DNA of 63,798 nucleotides, filler included, from Reticulomyxa filosa (GCA_000512085.1; 27 parts of 27 records of this genome joined end to end with filler, not necessarily neighbours in it), one strand, 5' to 3'; counted from the whole stretch's first letter, positions 50,705 to 62,929 are shown. Translations and numbers: made by a program. The notes: generated by a model from the sequence alone, not told the origin.

Positions 50705-52644
50705 AATATATGTATATCTTGAATGACGCTTCGCCACGTTGTTTAAATTTTGTGCGATTTTTGCAAATGAAAAAAAATGACACAGAGTTTCGAGGTTCAT
50801 CAGATCCAGTGTATGGTGATTCTCCCAATGAGAACGTAAGACAAGCAGCCAAAGAGACAATGACGGCAATATTCGCATCGACCCAAATCGATACGAGCAA
50901 ATTAAAACCTCGAATAGAACAAAGTTCCATGAGCAGTAATGGTAGCGGCAATAACAGCAATGGCGGCAGTTTCTCAAATCATGCAATACCGACAACCAGG
51001 CCACCGATAATATCCAATCTGCCGTCTGCCTTCTCCACGAAGCCGTATAATCCTCAACACGTTCGTAGTGAGGGCCATGGCAACACGAACTACAAACCAA
51101 AAGTAGTTGGACCGCAACACGTGAGACAAAGCGCGCCAAATGTGAATCGGAACACATTGACAACAGCCTATCCACATTCCCAACTCAAATTGGACAACCA
51201 AACCAGCCGAGACACCTTAAAACGACAAAAAGGGAAGCCAGGAGGAAAATGGGACGACGATAGTTCAAAGACTATAAATTCAACAAATACGTCAAAAGCG
51301 GAAAGCAACGAGGAGCTGGAACAAGATACCGATAACGCAAACAACTTGCAAACAAGCACCTTTGGAAGCAGCAGAAGCAATGTGCTTAGACAGGCGAACA
51401 CTAGCTCTGATGGCGCCTTTGAACGTTCATGGGTCAATGGTATAACCACTGCCGCTGGGATTGGAGATAAGATTCCCGATTTAAAAGGAAAAGTTCAACA
51501 ATTCCAAAACCTGTCTCAGGCATTTGTGTTGGAGTATTTAGATGAAAAATTGGCGGATAATAGCTCTTGGCAAACTCAGGCAAAAGCACTAACTCTTTTG
51601 GAAGGATTAATTGAAGATGAATCTTCCGCTGCTATTGTCACAGAGTATTTCCTTGCCAGTCCTGAAAATATTAAAGCGTTGATGCAAAGCAAAAAGGCCT
51701 CGTTAAAGAAAAAAAGTTGCAACGTCGCTAGTAAAATCGGATTGGATGATACGCCGATGGAACAGGAAATGGTCTCCAGTCAAGGCGATCTTATTAATCT
51801 ATCAACAGCACCGGCGAAAGAGGATGTCTTGTTATTCGATTCTTGGATGGACGATTCTAATCAAAATCAAAATCAAAATCAAGATCATACTGACGATGTT
51901 ACAGAAGAGACTGACATGTTTGCAAACTTGGACATTAACACTCAAGATGTTGCTGTGGAAAAGCCTAATGATTCGTTTTCTGGATCTGGATTTACCTTTG
52001 TTGCGCCTGAATCTAACTCGAATCATCTTAATACTTTCACTAATCCTACTTTTGGTTCTACTTCCACTTTCAGCTCTAATCCTACTTTTGGCTCTAATCC
52101 TACTTTCAGCTCTAATCCTACTTTCGGCTCTACTTCTACTTTCAGCTCTAATCCTACTTTTGGTTCTACTTCCACGTTTGGGTCTACTTCTACGTTTGGC
52201 TCTACTTCTGCTTTTGGCCCGGCCTTCGATACTTTGCCCAACACCAATTCTAACACTAACCCCAACACCAATTCCAGCGCCGGTTTCAATTTCAATTCTA
52301 ACAATGATATTTTTGGTGTTAGATCCACTCCGAGTGTTAACTCCCATAGCGGATTGAATTTCAACAACTATTCTAATTCCAATGATGTGTTTACCAGCGG
52401 CTTGAATTTAAATCGCAATACAAACGAGCAATCGAGCAATGTTACCTTCGAAACACTTTTTGCTCAAATGCAAAACAATCCTACTCCTTCTGTGAACTTG
52501 GGTTACAATTCATCAATACCACAACTATCCAATGACACTTTTGCCGGCATTGGATCTCATCCGACACAATCTCAACAAATTTCCAAGAACAAGAAAGCAG
52601 AGAAAGATCCTTTTGCTGATTTGGTCGGATCCCTTCAGGTTTAA
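50334..52644 (+). CDS. TEPSIN: Tepsin (AP-4 accessory ENTH/VHS protein), complete, intron 50602-50785
   Basis: KATADNRDQPPGFILQELA...VKYKTLKVIKYL...FRGSSDPVYGDSPNENVRQAAKE (tepsin-type ENTH); second folded domain ERSWVNGITTAAG...SWQTQAKALTLLE; disordered tail with DMFANLDI, SGFTFV and DPFADL adaptor-ear-type motifs. Confidence 0.85.
52036..52218 (+). repeat. 18-bp coding tandem repeat (NPTFGS/TSTFSS hexapeptides) in tepsin
   Basis: About 10 units such as aatcctacttttggttct and acttccactttcagctct. Confidence 0.85.
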
Positions 52645-52988
52645 ATTTTTTATTTATTATTGGAATTTTTTTGGTTAGTTAAAAGTTGGTAAATAAATTT
52701 TTGTTTTTCATAAGTATTCTTGAACAGCCCATGACAGATGATTGTAAGCACAAATTTTTTCTTTTCTGTCAAGTAATTGAGATATTTTCAACTTTGATTT
52801 TTTTTTCCCTCACCACATTTGTGTTTTTTACATTGGTTAATTTTCTGGTGACATTAATACTTTTTTATTGAGGGAAGATCTCTCAGTGAAACTGTAAAAA
52901 AACTTTTGAAGGACGCGTATAAGTTTTCTTGACTTCAAAAACAAACATGCCAACAAGAACGATGGAAATAATAAAAATAAACTTCAAA

Positions 52989-54102
52989 TTATTTAAAAGA
53001 ATACAATGACGCTTGAAGGCAGTATATCCCAAACCCGTGTTTAGTAGATTTATCAGATTGAAGAAAATGAACACTTTTGACAGGAATCATAGAAATATTT
53101 GGAAATGATTGAACAGTACCGTTAGTAGTACCACACCTCTGTTCGTGGATACAATCCTCAACACATTTGAGCAGCCTGTGAGGGTCCAAAATTTCGGCAA
53201 CATAATACAGCCGAATGTACACGATAAATTCTTCCATCCAATTTGAACCAGTTTTGTCGAGCCAGTACCCATAGCCATTTAGACCTAGTACACTATTGAA
53301 CACGGCTGCTTTTAATATTTCGTAGAGCACGTTCAAATTACACTCATTCGTTTTTAATTCACACAAACTGGAATAACTGACTATTTTGCTTGTACAAATA
53401 TCAGTGAATTCTTTGTCATTGGAAGCAACATGATCAAATCGAGTATCTCCTAAATTTAATGAGAAAATACCTGTAACCAAAATGCACAAGCAAAACATTG
53501 AGAAAGTACGTTTATGAAAGTAGACGCAAATGAATAGAAGTGATTAAAACAAACCCCGATTAATAATAGTCAAAGAGCCACCCAAATCAGTGACTTGATC
53601 ATTTGCTAAAATGACATTATTTGGATCCAGATCTCTCCATTTTTTCTTACGTTTTTTTTTCAAGTGAGCATACTTGAGTTTTATTTCCTTTTTGCCACTA
53701 TTTTCAGTTTTGTTATTATTTTGTGAAGTTTCAACGTTTGTGCCAGTGAAATTCGTTTGAGGAATCCTTTTGCTGTGTTCAATTGTGTGTTCGCATAATT
53801 TCGATAAATTTCGGATGCCTTGTTTGCTCAACGCCAATGATTGAACTTCCATCAATGCGTTTTTGGGAAGTTGTGGAACAGACAACATTAAGACAGTGTT
53901 TGGTATTTTGCCAAATTGTTGTTGTCCGCGCAAATGGTTTGTGCACATTTCCTGTTTTATTTGTTTGTTATGTTTTCTTCCAACGAAAGCACAAAGCAAT
54001 GAAAACAAAAGCAATGAGAATATACCTCCGCAAGCATCATGACGTCGGATTTCCACATTCCTTTGAATTCATAGCCATCACATTCTTCTTCTTCTTCTTC
54101 TT
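52989..54102 (-). CDS. RidA/YjgF-like domain protein, probably the C-terminal region of diphthine-ammonia ligase (DPH6)
   Basis: SVPQLPKNALMEVQ matches the YjgF VxxLPxxAxVE motif; YIRLYY and ISMIPV near the end. GT-AG introns. 5' part missing. Confidence 0.55.
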
Positions 54103-54247
54103 NNNNNNNNNNNNNNNNNNNNNNNNNNNNNNNNNNNNNNNNNNNNTTAATTAATTAANNNNNNNNNNNNNNNNNNNNNNNNNNNNNNNNNNNNNNNNNN
54201 NNAAAAAAAAAAAAAAATATAAAAAAAAAAAAAAAAAAAAAAAAAAG

Positions 54248-55126
54248 GTGACAAAGTACTTCAAACTATTGAAACAAAATTATGTGCATCTAAAACCTGT
54301 GAACAGTGTACAATTTTCACCTGATGGAACCAAAATTCTTACGTCAGCAGCACATGAAAAAATTCGAATATTTGGAGCGCGAATCCAATCGCTTCGTGGG
54401 CATTCCGATATCGTCAACAGTGCACAATTTTCATCCGATGGCAAAATGATTGTATCGTGTTCAAATGATCAAACAATTCGATTATGGGATGCCAATTCAA
54501 GAAAGGAAATAAAGAAACTCGAAGGACACTCTGGTCCTGTCGTATGTGCAAGGTTCTCACCAGATGGAACGATGATTGCTTCAAGCTCAAGAGATTGCAC
54601 AATTCGATTATGGAATGTAAAGTATGGCGAGGAAATAAAGGGGTTTTCGCATCCAACCTGGGTACATAATATACAATTTTCACCAAATGGACAATTTCTT
54701 TTGTCCTCTTCATTTGATAAAACAGTTGGCGTGTGCGATGTAAATCTTGGATCAAAGATAAGTGAAATATTCATGCATAATCAACCTGTAACTCGGGCAC
54801 AATACTGCCCTGATGGAAACACTATCATCACCTGTTCCACTGATCGTGTAATTCGAATGTGGGATACAAAATCACAAACAGAAATCAAAAAGTTTGAAGG
54901 ACATTCTGGTAACATCAATGATGTGAAGTTCTTCCCAGATGGTCAAACTATGGTGTCATGCTCAGATGATACAACAATTCGATTGTGGAACATACAATTT
55001 GGAACAGAAATACAAACTTTGAAAGGACACTCTTCAAAAGTGACTGGGGTAGATGTTTCACCTGACGGACGTACAATCGTATCTTGCTCAGGTCGAAAGA
55101 CAATTCGGCTATGGGGGTTGTTGTAA
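54248..55126 (+). CDS. WD40 protein ('FSPDG' subtype), last exon
   Basis: Seven GH..V....FSPDG..IVSCSxDxTIRLW repeats after a poly(A)-AG acceptor. Starts VTKYFKLLK and ends RLWGLL*, as in the pseudogene at 40962-41665. Confidence 0.92.
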   Translation: MTKYFKLLKQNYVHLKPVNSVQFSPDGTKILTSAAHEKIRIFGARIQSLRGHSDIVNSAQFSSDGKMIVSCSNDQTIRLWDANSRKEIKKLEGHSGPVVCARFSPDGTMIASSSRDCTIRLWNVKYGEEIKGFSHPTWVHNIQFSPNGQFLLSSSFDKTVGVCDVNLGSKISEIFMHNQPVTRAQYCPDGNTIITCSTDRVIRMWDTKSQTEIKKFEGHSGNINDVKFFPDGQTMVSCSDDTTIRLWNIQFGTEIQTLKGHSSKVTGVDVSPDGRTIVSCSGRKTIRLWGLL

Positions 55127-55265
55127 CGGAATTTACATTCATAAAAAATACTTTTACTTGTACTTCTTTTTGGCAAACCCTTTCATGATAGAAAAAAGTT
55201 TCAAATTTAAAATCGTACATCATTTTCATCATCTTTAAGAGAAAAACAAAAAAGTTGAAAAAAAA

Positions 55266-56052
55266 ATGAGTAATCATATCAGTGAAAAAGTGCCTTCAAT
55301 ACAACTTCTAATGGTAAGCTTCATTTCGACTCACTCTTCAGAAAGCTGTTTGTCTTTAAGAGTTGATCGTGTGTGTGTGATTAAGATAAATCTATCAGAA
55401 AAAGAAGAAACTAAAGTAATTATTAAATATTGGATTCGAATATCAAAAATTAAATTAGGATGGATCAATGATTTTGACAAATTTGTTGGCAATTATGTTA
55501 TGGATTTTTGTTTGCTGTTTTGATTCAACGCCAAATAAAGTAATAAATATTTATTATTAAAATCACTATTTAACATAGGCAGCTACTGTCTTAATGCTTG
55601 ACACGTTTCGCTCATCATCGAAATTACTCAAGACTTTCAGTGGACATACCAAAGCAGTGTGGAGTATTGATTATTCGACATTTAGTGGTGATCAATTTAT
55701 TTGTTCTGGGTCACATGATAATACAGTTTGTTTATGGGATGTTGATAACAGCAAGCAAATTGGGTCATTCCATGAACATTCAAGTGTTGTGTATTGTGTG
55801 AGATTTTCGTCATATCATTATTGTAATTATCGTCAAAATGTCATTTGTTCTTCATCATATGACAAAACTATTCGTTTTTGGGATACCGAACATAATCGAC
55901 AATCGCAAATATTAAATGGACACACTAGGTGTGTGTACTGCATTGAATTTTCACCCTTTAACGGTGGTAGATATTTGTGTTCTGGATCATATGACAAAAC
56001 AATTCGTCTATGGGATGTTGAAACATCAGAATCATTACATGTTTTCAATGGA
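55266..56052 (+). CDS. WD40 protein (box subtype), 3'-truncated
   Basis: MSNHISEKVPSIQLLM|GTAAG; box KEETKVIIKYWIRISKIKLGWINDFDKFVGNY; WD40 exon from ~55580. Confidence 0.92.
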
Positions 56053-56152
56053 NNNNNNNNNNNNNNNNNNNNNNNNNNNNNNNNNNNNNNNNNNNNTTAA
56101 TTAATTAANNNNNNNNNNNNNNNNNNNNNNNNNNNNNNNNNNNNNNNNNNNN

Positions 56153-56760
56153 CAAACACAAGCACAAATGCAAATTCAATACTTGCGTTTAAAGTTGCAA
56201 AACAAGCACTAGAGCAAGTCTTTATTGCATTGCGCCGACAAAAAAATCTTCCAGATAATAACTGTGCTATTGGTGCTTACATGAGAGATGTTTTGCATTT
56301 ACAACAAGCCGAATTTGAACCTTTTGCTCAAGTTCAAGAATTACGTTTGGCTCATTGTGAAGATCTTTGGAAATATTTGGAAAGATTGCATTTGCTTGCT
56401 GAAAATATCTGGCACAAAATACCAAGAAAACTTATGACATTGTATCAAACAAAAGTATCTGAACCTTTAAAACCTGTTTTGCGAAGTTTTGTAGTTGAAA
56501 GTGATTTAAATTTAATGTGGGAATTGTTGATACAATGGAAGCAATTTTTGGAGACCAAATTGAGCCGAGAAACGTATCAAAAAGCACCTTCTATTCCACT
56601 CAAGGAATATTTAGGAACAGCAATGAGCAATGAAAGATTAGAGGAACAAGTACAAAAATTACCAAACAATTTATTTCTTGTACATGCAGGAACGGGATAT
56701 GAGATTTGTGCTCAATTGTTTCAAGAACGAGGAATGCTACCAACGAGTAATTCGCATTAA
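56153..56760 (+). CDS. C-terminal end of a large protein, RNF213 (mysterin) C-terminal-domain-like
   Basis: LRLAHCEDLWKYLE...LYQTKVSEPLKPVLRSFV...LLIQWKQFLETKL...PSIPLKEYL...LPNNLFLVHA. The motif spacing resembles the RNF213 C-terminus as I recall it. Confidence 0.5.
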
Positions 56761-57131
56761 ATAAAAAAGATTTTTATAGTATAGGTTCGCAAAAAAAGTA
56801 TAAATTGTAATATTTCTTTTTTTAAATCTTTGCACAATGATTAAGTTGTGAATCACTCCAATTATTTCAATTGGATATTTTGTCAATATTTCAAAAGTTG
56901 CAATCGCATTGAAGATCAGCTACATTTTTTAAGCGAGTTATTTTCGGAAGAACAAAATCAATGATAAAAATTCAATTTCAAAAATACCAACCCAAAGCCA
57001 ACAAAAAACCGAGTTTATCACCTTGCAAACAAAAATTTTTTTGTTTTTTCATTTGAAATTTTTATTTGGTTTGTTCTTTCAATTTGACAACACAAAATCA
57101 AAACAATGGCCAAAGCAAGCAAACTTTGGAG

Positions 57132-57848
57132 TCAAGCCTCCTCATTAACTGCTATGACATCTGTCAGTTCTTCATCAGCAATTAATGAATTGATACGTTT
57201 TTCCTCAGCACGGCAAGTGTGATCTTTTCGTTTTCTCGAAGTGTTGGCATCACAACTGCCCTGCATTTTCTTATCAGTCATTCGCAGGATGGTATCATAA
57301 CCATTGGAGTCAGTTTCTACGTTTTCATCAGCTTCTTCCTCTACTCTTTCATTGCGCAGTGCCATGTGCGCGTCTCGACTATCCTCACGTTGATGACATT
57401 CTTTCTCATGAAAGCTATCATCTTTGGTATGTCTAGCCGGAGAACTCGTACTCATTGGCGAATTCCTGCGCTTGGATGTGTCATTAGCACGTTCCCGTTG
57501 AGGAGGATTCATCACCACTGACACTTTCACCTATATACAAAAAAAGTAAAGACCACGATAATTATTGATTGAAAGGTTCATGAATGCTAATGACATACTT
57601 TTTTATCACTTGGGCCATGGGCACCCTTTTGTTGCGATTTTGTCTGAGCGTTTTTGCTTTTTCCTACTTTTTTTTTTTCCTTTTGTGTTGCCTTTGCTTT
57701 AGTTAGCTGCTTGTTTTCAGTTTTTGCACTTTCACTACTTTCCCACGCTTGCTCATTTATGTCTCCACTACTATCACTGTCAGTGTCATTTTGATTTGTA
57801 TTGGAACGGAGACTTTTGTTAGGACGTTCTGTTTCAGCACGGACGGGG
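57132..57848 (-). CDS. Hypothetical low-complexity protein, 3' part
   Basis: K/S/T-rich open frame 57598-57848, a GT-AG intron at ~57531-57597, then a 132-aa ORF to the stop. Confidence 0.45.
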
Positions 57849-57948
57849 NNNNNNNNNNNNNNNNNNNNNNNNNNNNNNNNNNNNNNNNNNNNTTAATTAA
57901 TTAANNNNNNNNNNNNNNNNNNNNNNNNNNNNNNNNNNNNNNNNNNNN

Positions 57949-59230
57949 TCCTGTTAGTATTGTCTTGTCTGTTGCTGTTACTGTTATTATTGCGCATACC
58001 TCTAGATCTCTGCCTTGGGCTTGATGATCTGGGTCTTTGCGTTCTTGGTTCTTGTGCCTGATACTGTTGAGAGGGTTTCAGATCATGTGCACTTGTTTCA
58101 ATTGGTCCTGTTTGCTTCTCAGTTCTTTGCTCACGTTTCAGTATTGTCACCTTCTCTAGTCTTGAGAAGTTAATTCTAATCTTTTGTCGAACTTCTCGGA
58201 TCACCGGACACAAGATAGAATCACTTGCATGTCCGCTGCACAGGACGCATCTGTAACTGCTTGGCTTTTTCTTGTGATAGCAATCTTCAGATTTATGGTT
58301 CTTTCGTCTGCAGTACTTACATACCTGCTTCTTGGTGCAATCTTTTGCAAAGGGTTCAAACCGAAGCATCCTACATTGAATGAAATGCGATCGCGTTCTG
58401 CTCCTGTATCTGTCAAATAGCTTGCACGTAACCTTTCGGTACCCAATTCTTACTTCCTTTTCTTGTAGTGCTCTTTTCACATCATTTGGTGTGGCAAATA
58501 GCACTTTCACCATTGGGAGACCTTTAAACATCTCCATTTTATCCACGTTGTATTCCATTTCTTGCAGTGCCTCCATAATCTCATCATCAATTTCATTCGG
58601 AGACACATTTTTCATTATCACATATCTGTTTGTTTCAGGGTCTTCTACTTCATGCCTTCTTTTTTCCTTCTGCTCACTTGCATAGTCCGGATTGTATACA
58701 AAGCATTTTATTGTTTTCTTTTTCTTTAACTTGAACATTTTCTTCTTCTTTTTCATTGTTTTCTAGTTCATGTGGAGGATGCATCTGATTGAATCTCTCG
58801 CCCTCTAATGCGTTTTTGTCCAATTGTTGATTGTTGAAATGCACGTACAGTGTTCGCAATGTCTGCAAGAATGTATGTGCCTTCACTTTTGTGGACATTG
58901 CTTTCTTGTCATCTCCGAATAATTTCAATACTGATCGTAGTGACTTTCCATCCACTGGAGTTAGTACAATTGCTGGTGATGTTCTACAGAAGTATTCTCG
59001 TCGCTGTTTTCTAGTCGCTTTTAATATTGTTATATCATCAAACTGCTTCCATTCGCTGACGTTCGTGCATTTTCAGATAACAAATGCTCTTGGTCATTCA
59101 ATATTTGCCCTTGTAATTTCATTTTCTTCCTACTTGTTTCCATATTTATGTTGGATTTTTGATCGCCACTATCTTCATCATGAAAGGGATTTGGTCTTTT
59201 GTGAGGTCTTTTGTGAATTAGTCTCATGTC
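57949..59230 (-). mobile_element. Non-LTR retrotransposon ORF1 (gag-like; RRM plus three CCHC zinc knuckles), degenerate
   Basis: YVIMKNVS...VKVLF...RIGYRKV (RRM-like); damaged first knuckle IQC...FAKDC; CKYCRRKNHKSEDC; CVLCSGHASDSILCP. This is the Jockey/I-group ORF1 layout. Frameshifts upstream. Confidence 0.8.
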
Positions 59231-59339
59231 NNNNNNNNNNNNNNNNNNNNNNNNNNNNNNNNNNNNNNNNNNNNTTAATTAATTAANNNNNNNNNNNNNN
59301 NNNNNNNNNNNNNNNNNNNNNNNNNNNNNNGGGGGGGGG

Positions 59340-59370
<31 letters not shown>

Positions 59371-59383
59371 TTAAACATTTACA

Positions 59384-59610
59384 ATGTTGATGGTACCTCG
59401 AGTGCAAAAATATGCTCGCGGAATGCGGGCATTGACCCAAAAAAGTGTCCGATTCGAATACATGTATCGTATGCAGCAACACCGCGAAGAGTACTGGAAG
59501 TGGACCGCAGGCAATTTGCACGCCGGCCAATATTTGAAAGAAGCAGACCGAGCAGGCAAAAGACAACGAAAGGATATGGATGTCAAAGACAATGAAGACA
59601 AAGACAACGA

Positions 59611-59647
<37 letters not shown>

Positions 59648-61140
59648 AACAACAACAACGACAATGACAACGACATTGAAGTGGTGACAAAGCCGGAAGA
59701 GTCAAAGTCGACAAAAGAGGATCAACAGAAGAAAGAGAAAGAGAAAGAAAAAGAAAAAGAAAATGAAAAAGAAGCAAAAGAGGAGGCGGAGAAGGAAATG
59801 AGAATAACAACGACCATGCACAATGGGGATGACATGTTTGTTCCGACAACAGGATCAATGGAAAGTTTGGGAATGACACCAGACAAGAACATGAACATGA
59901 GCAAGAGCCCGAAGGGACAGCGCTCGCTGCCCGCGCGACAAAACAGCTTAAGTGTAAGCACATGGTTCCATCAATTTAAGTTTGAGTCGGAACCGCAGAT
60001 CGTGGGCACGGTGAATCACACGGAAGCGGCGATGGCAGCATTCAAAGCAAATACGAGGAAGATTAGAGGACAGGAAAAAGAAAAAGAGAAAGAGAAGGAA
60101 GAAGAGGAGGAAGAAGAAGAAGAAAAGGAGGAAGAAGAAAAGAAGAAGAAGAAGAAGAAGAAGAAGAAGAAGAAGAAGAAGAAGAAGAAGAAGAAGAGGA
60201 AGAAAGAAAAAAGGAGTCATCCGACAAAGATCAACTGGTTGAAATGGCCAAAGAAGAGGTTGGTACCTCTCATTATCAATTGAAAAAATTCGACAAGAGC
60301 AACATCATTGATGCGGATAAATTGATGAAGGAAATCCAGAGAATCGAACGAAAGGTACTCACATTGAAGCTGAAGAAGCATGCGTGCACGATATTGGTCG
60401 CCAACTTTGCGTTCGTCTGCGGTCTGGCATTGTACGATGCGGCCAATGAAACTTTCCATCATATTTTTCCGGACAATATAATCAGTCGTGAAACGAGCTT
60501 GACCGTGTTTGCCTTATTGGTTTCCTCTTTGACTGTGCTATCGATCTTGTACTTGGACAAAGTGATCATGAAATTTGTCACAGTCTTTCAAAAAATGTCC
60601 AGTTTGGAACGACGCAACTCAGGTGCAACAGATGTAAATGCAAATGCAGATGCAAATATAGATGCAAATATAGATGCAAATACAGATGCAGAAGTGATAA
60701 CGGGAACAACTGGAACAAACGAGGAACCAAATGAAAATGCACACATTCAAGAATTGCTTCAAACAGAAACGCAAAATCGCACTCCTTGGGCTTTCATCGC
60801 TCTGGCTTGTCGTTGTTGTGCCATCGCCAACACTAATTCGCAGGAAGAACATGTCATGCTGTCGTGGTCCCAAAAACAACTCAAGAAAAAAAAACAGGAA
60901 CAAATGGGCGTCATTGAACGCACGCTACTGTTCGGACGATACATTACCAATATCCTTTCGCTCATCACTGCTATGAGTTACGTCGCCTGTGTCGAGTCCA
61001 TCTTCAAACTTATCTTTGTTGTCAAACACGGAGACATTTGGTCCGCTTGGGTCTTTTTCGTTTTACACTTGAGCGTGGCTGTCACCGCTTCCGCCACTCT
61101 ATCCAAATTGGAACCAAAAAAAAAAATATTAATTAATTAA
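59384..61140 (+). CDS. Hypothetical multi-pass membrane protein, 3' part; frame break inside the (GAA)n tract
   Basis: Overlapping ORFs 59384-60283 and 60244-61140; four hydrophobic helices in the second ORF; DN and EK repeats in the first. Confidence 0.6.
60100..60197 (+). repeat. (GAA)n microsatellite
   Basis: Long gaagaagaa... tract. Confidence 0.9.
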
Positions 61141-61171
61141 TTTCATGAGCGCTATTGCATAAAATAGTTTA

Positions 61172-61207
<36 letters not shown>

Positions 61208-61528
61208 NNNNNNNNNNNNNNNNNNNNNNNNNNNNNNNNNNNNNNNNNNNNTTAATTAATTAANNNNNNNNNNNNNNNNNNNNNNNNNNNNNNNNNNNNN
61301 NNNNNNNAGTGTTGACAACTCATATCTTTCAACTCTGTCGAGTAAAATGTAAGCTACTCAAAAAAAAAAAAAAAGGGATTGCAAACTTTTAAACGAGCGC
61401 TGAACAACGCAATAATGATAACTTAAGTGCAAACTCTCATTCGCAGTTATCAATATTTTTAAAAAGTATCAAAAATAAACATGCAAATAATTTGACCAAA
61501 AATTAAAGTGCTTTAGTTTCTAAAGAAA

Positions 61529-62482
61529 TCAGTCATATATGTCATTTTTATTTGTTTCATTCCAAACATCTCCTTGATCATCGTTATCCTGAGCAGCAAC
61601 ACAGATTAAAGGTGCTACATTCATATCTTCACCTTCAGGGCACGAATAATGATTATCAATACAAAAACATTCGAGTTCGAATATTTTACTTGATTTCTTT
61701 GGAACTTCTAATAGTAAGATCTTATTAACGTTGATGGGTGCTTCAGGAATACTTTGAGAAGGACTTGAGGTTTCTCCTCTTTTATAAAATCCTTTTACAG
61801 CCAAATTTTGTACTTCTCTAAATCTATTTTGTTCGAATACTTGGCCTCGTTGCATTTCAATTGTTATATCTTCATCTGAGCTATTTTCTAATTCTATAAT
61901 CACATAAAAGCTTCCAGAATTACCTGTGCATGACTTAATAATAATAGAGCCATCCCGCACTTTTTTGACGAGTGATCTTTCATATTCCGGATCACCATAA
62001 TATTTTGGTTCAATTACAGAAAATCCCAATTCTTCTGGTGAGCACACTTTTGCATTTGCGGTTTTTTTATAATTTTTTATACTTAAAACCGTCCATCCGC
62101 CTAACTTTGGTCTTTTTGGTTGATTAGCAAATAAAGCATTTTTATACATTGATGCAAATAATTCCAATTGCTCCTCTTTTGGCTTACTTTTAATTTCTGG
62201 TATTGAGTTGGTTAGTTGACTGTAATTAGGTCTTTTCAGAGTATGAGTTTTCATAAACTCAATCATTTTAATACCACCACCTTCGCCAATAACTTTAACT
62301 GCACCATTCTTGTGAAAACCATACACTCCAAATGTACCACTATAAAAAGATGGTCTATAGTTCGTAGTTAAAGCCGGTTTTTCTTTACTGACTTTTAGTT
62401 CTTGTATTTTCTCCTCGTCCTCTTGTATTCCTTGCTGAATTTTTTTGAGCAATGAATTGTCCAGAAACGGGTTATCCTGCAT
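61529..62482 (-). CDS. Intronless 317-aa hypothetical protein; C-terminal domain with QNL, FCID..P and QxxVW motifs
   Basis: Complete ATG-to-TGA ORF. ELENSSDEDITIEMQRGQVFEQ..VQNLAV...FELECFCIDNHYSCP...DQGDVW. Confidence 0.8.
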   Translation of the reverse strand: MQDNPFLDNSLLKKIQQGIQEDEEKIQELKVSKEKPALTTNYRPSFYSGTFGVYGFHKNGAVKVIGEGGGIKMIEFMKTHTLKRPNYSQLTNSIPEIKSKPKEEQLELFASMYKNALFANQPKRPKLGGWTVLSIKNYKKTANAKVCSPEELGFSVIEPKYYGDPEYERSLVKKVRDGSIIIKSCTGNSGSFYVIIELENSSDEDITIEMQRGQVFEQNRFREVQNLAVKGFYKRGETSSPSQSIPEAPINVNKILLLEVPKKSSKIFELECFCIDNHYSCPEGEDMNVAPLICVAAQDNDDQGDVWNETNKNDIYD

Positions 62483-62821
62483 ATTTTTTTTTTAAGTAAA
62501 GATCACAAAAAAGGAGTACAAAAAAGCAAGCTTGAAACTGAATTAGAGCCACTAGGTCCAAAACTGAGAAAAAACTTTTCTGGAGTGAATATTACTCTGT
62601 TTTGGATATGGCAAGGAAAAAATATAACAAGAATAAGTGATATGACATGACTGTAAATCATGATGTATATGCAATTTTCTAGATCTGTGTAAATCAGCNN
62701 NNNNNNNNNNNNNNNNNNNNNNNNNNNNNNNNNNNNNNNNNNTTAATTAATTAANNNNNNNNNNNNNNNNNNNNNNNNNNNNNNNNNNNNNNNNNNNNTT
62801 TTTTTTTTTTTTTTTTTTTCC

Positions 62822-62857
<36 letters not shown>

Positions 62858-62929
62858 GTGTGTCAATAGTAAAAACAAAGAATTAACAATTGGAAAAAAA
62901 AAAAAAAAAGTGCAAATGACTCACCCGCC

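Noticed and set aside
51746-52367. RS-rich and Leu-rich ORFs (51746-52357, 51832-52347, 52023-52367), and similarly 63551-63796 and 59948-60220
   Set aside because: These are alternate-frame or antisense readings of coding tandem repeats and microsatellites.
50710-52644. FG nucleoporin
   Set aside because: The N-terminal ENTH-type domain and second VHS-like domain identify tepsin; the FG-like repeats are a short local expansion.
60140-60283. Genuine poly-lysine tail on ORF 59384-60283
   Set aside because: It comes from a frame slip in the (GAA)n tract; the other frame gives poly-Glu continuing into the membrane-protein ORF.
2051-62798. Regularly recurring TTAATTAATTAA as a biological repeat, CRISPR repeat or chromosome-breakage signal
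   Set aside because: It is always centred in an exactly 100-bp N block and encodes stops in all six frames, so it is an assembly linker.
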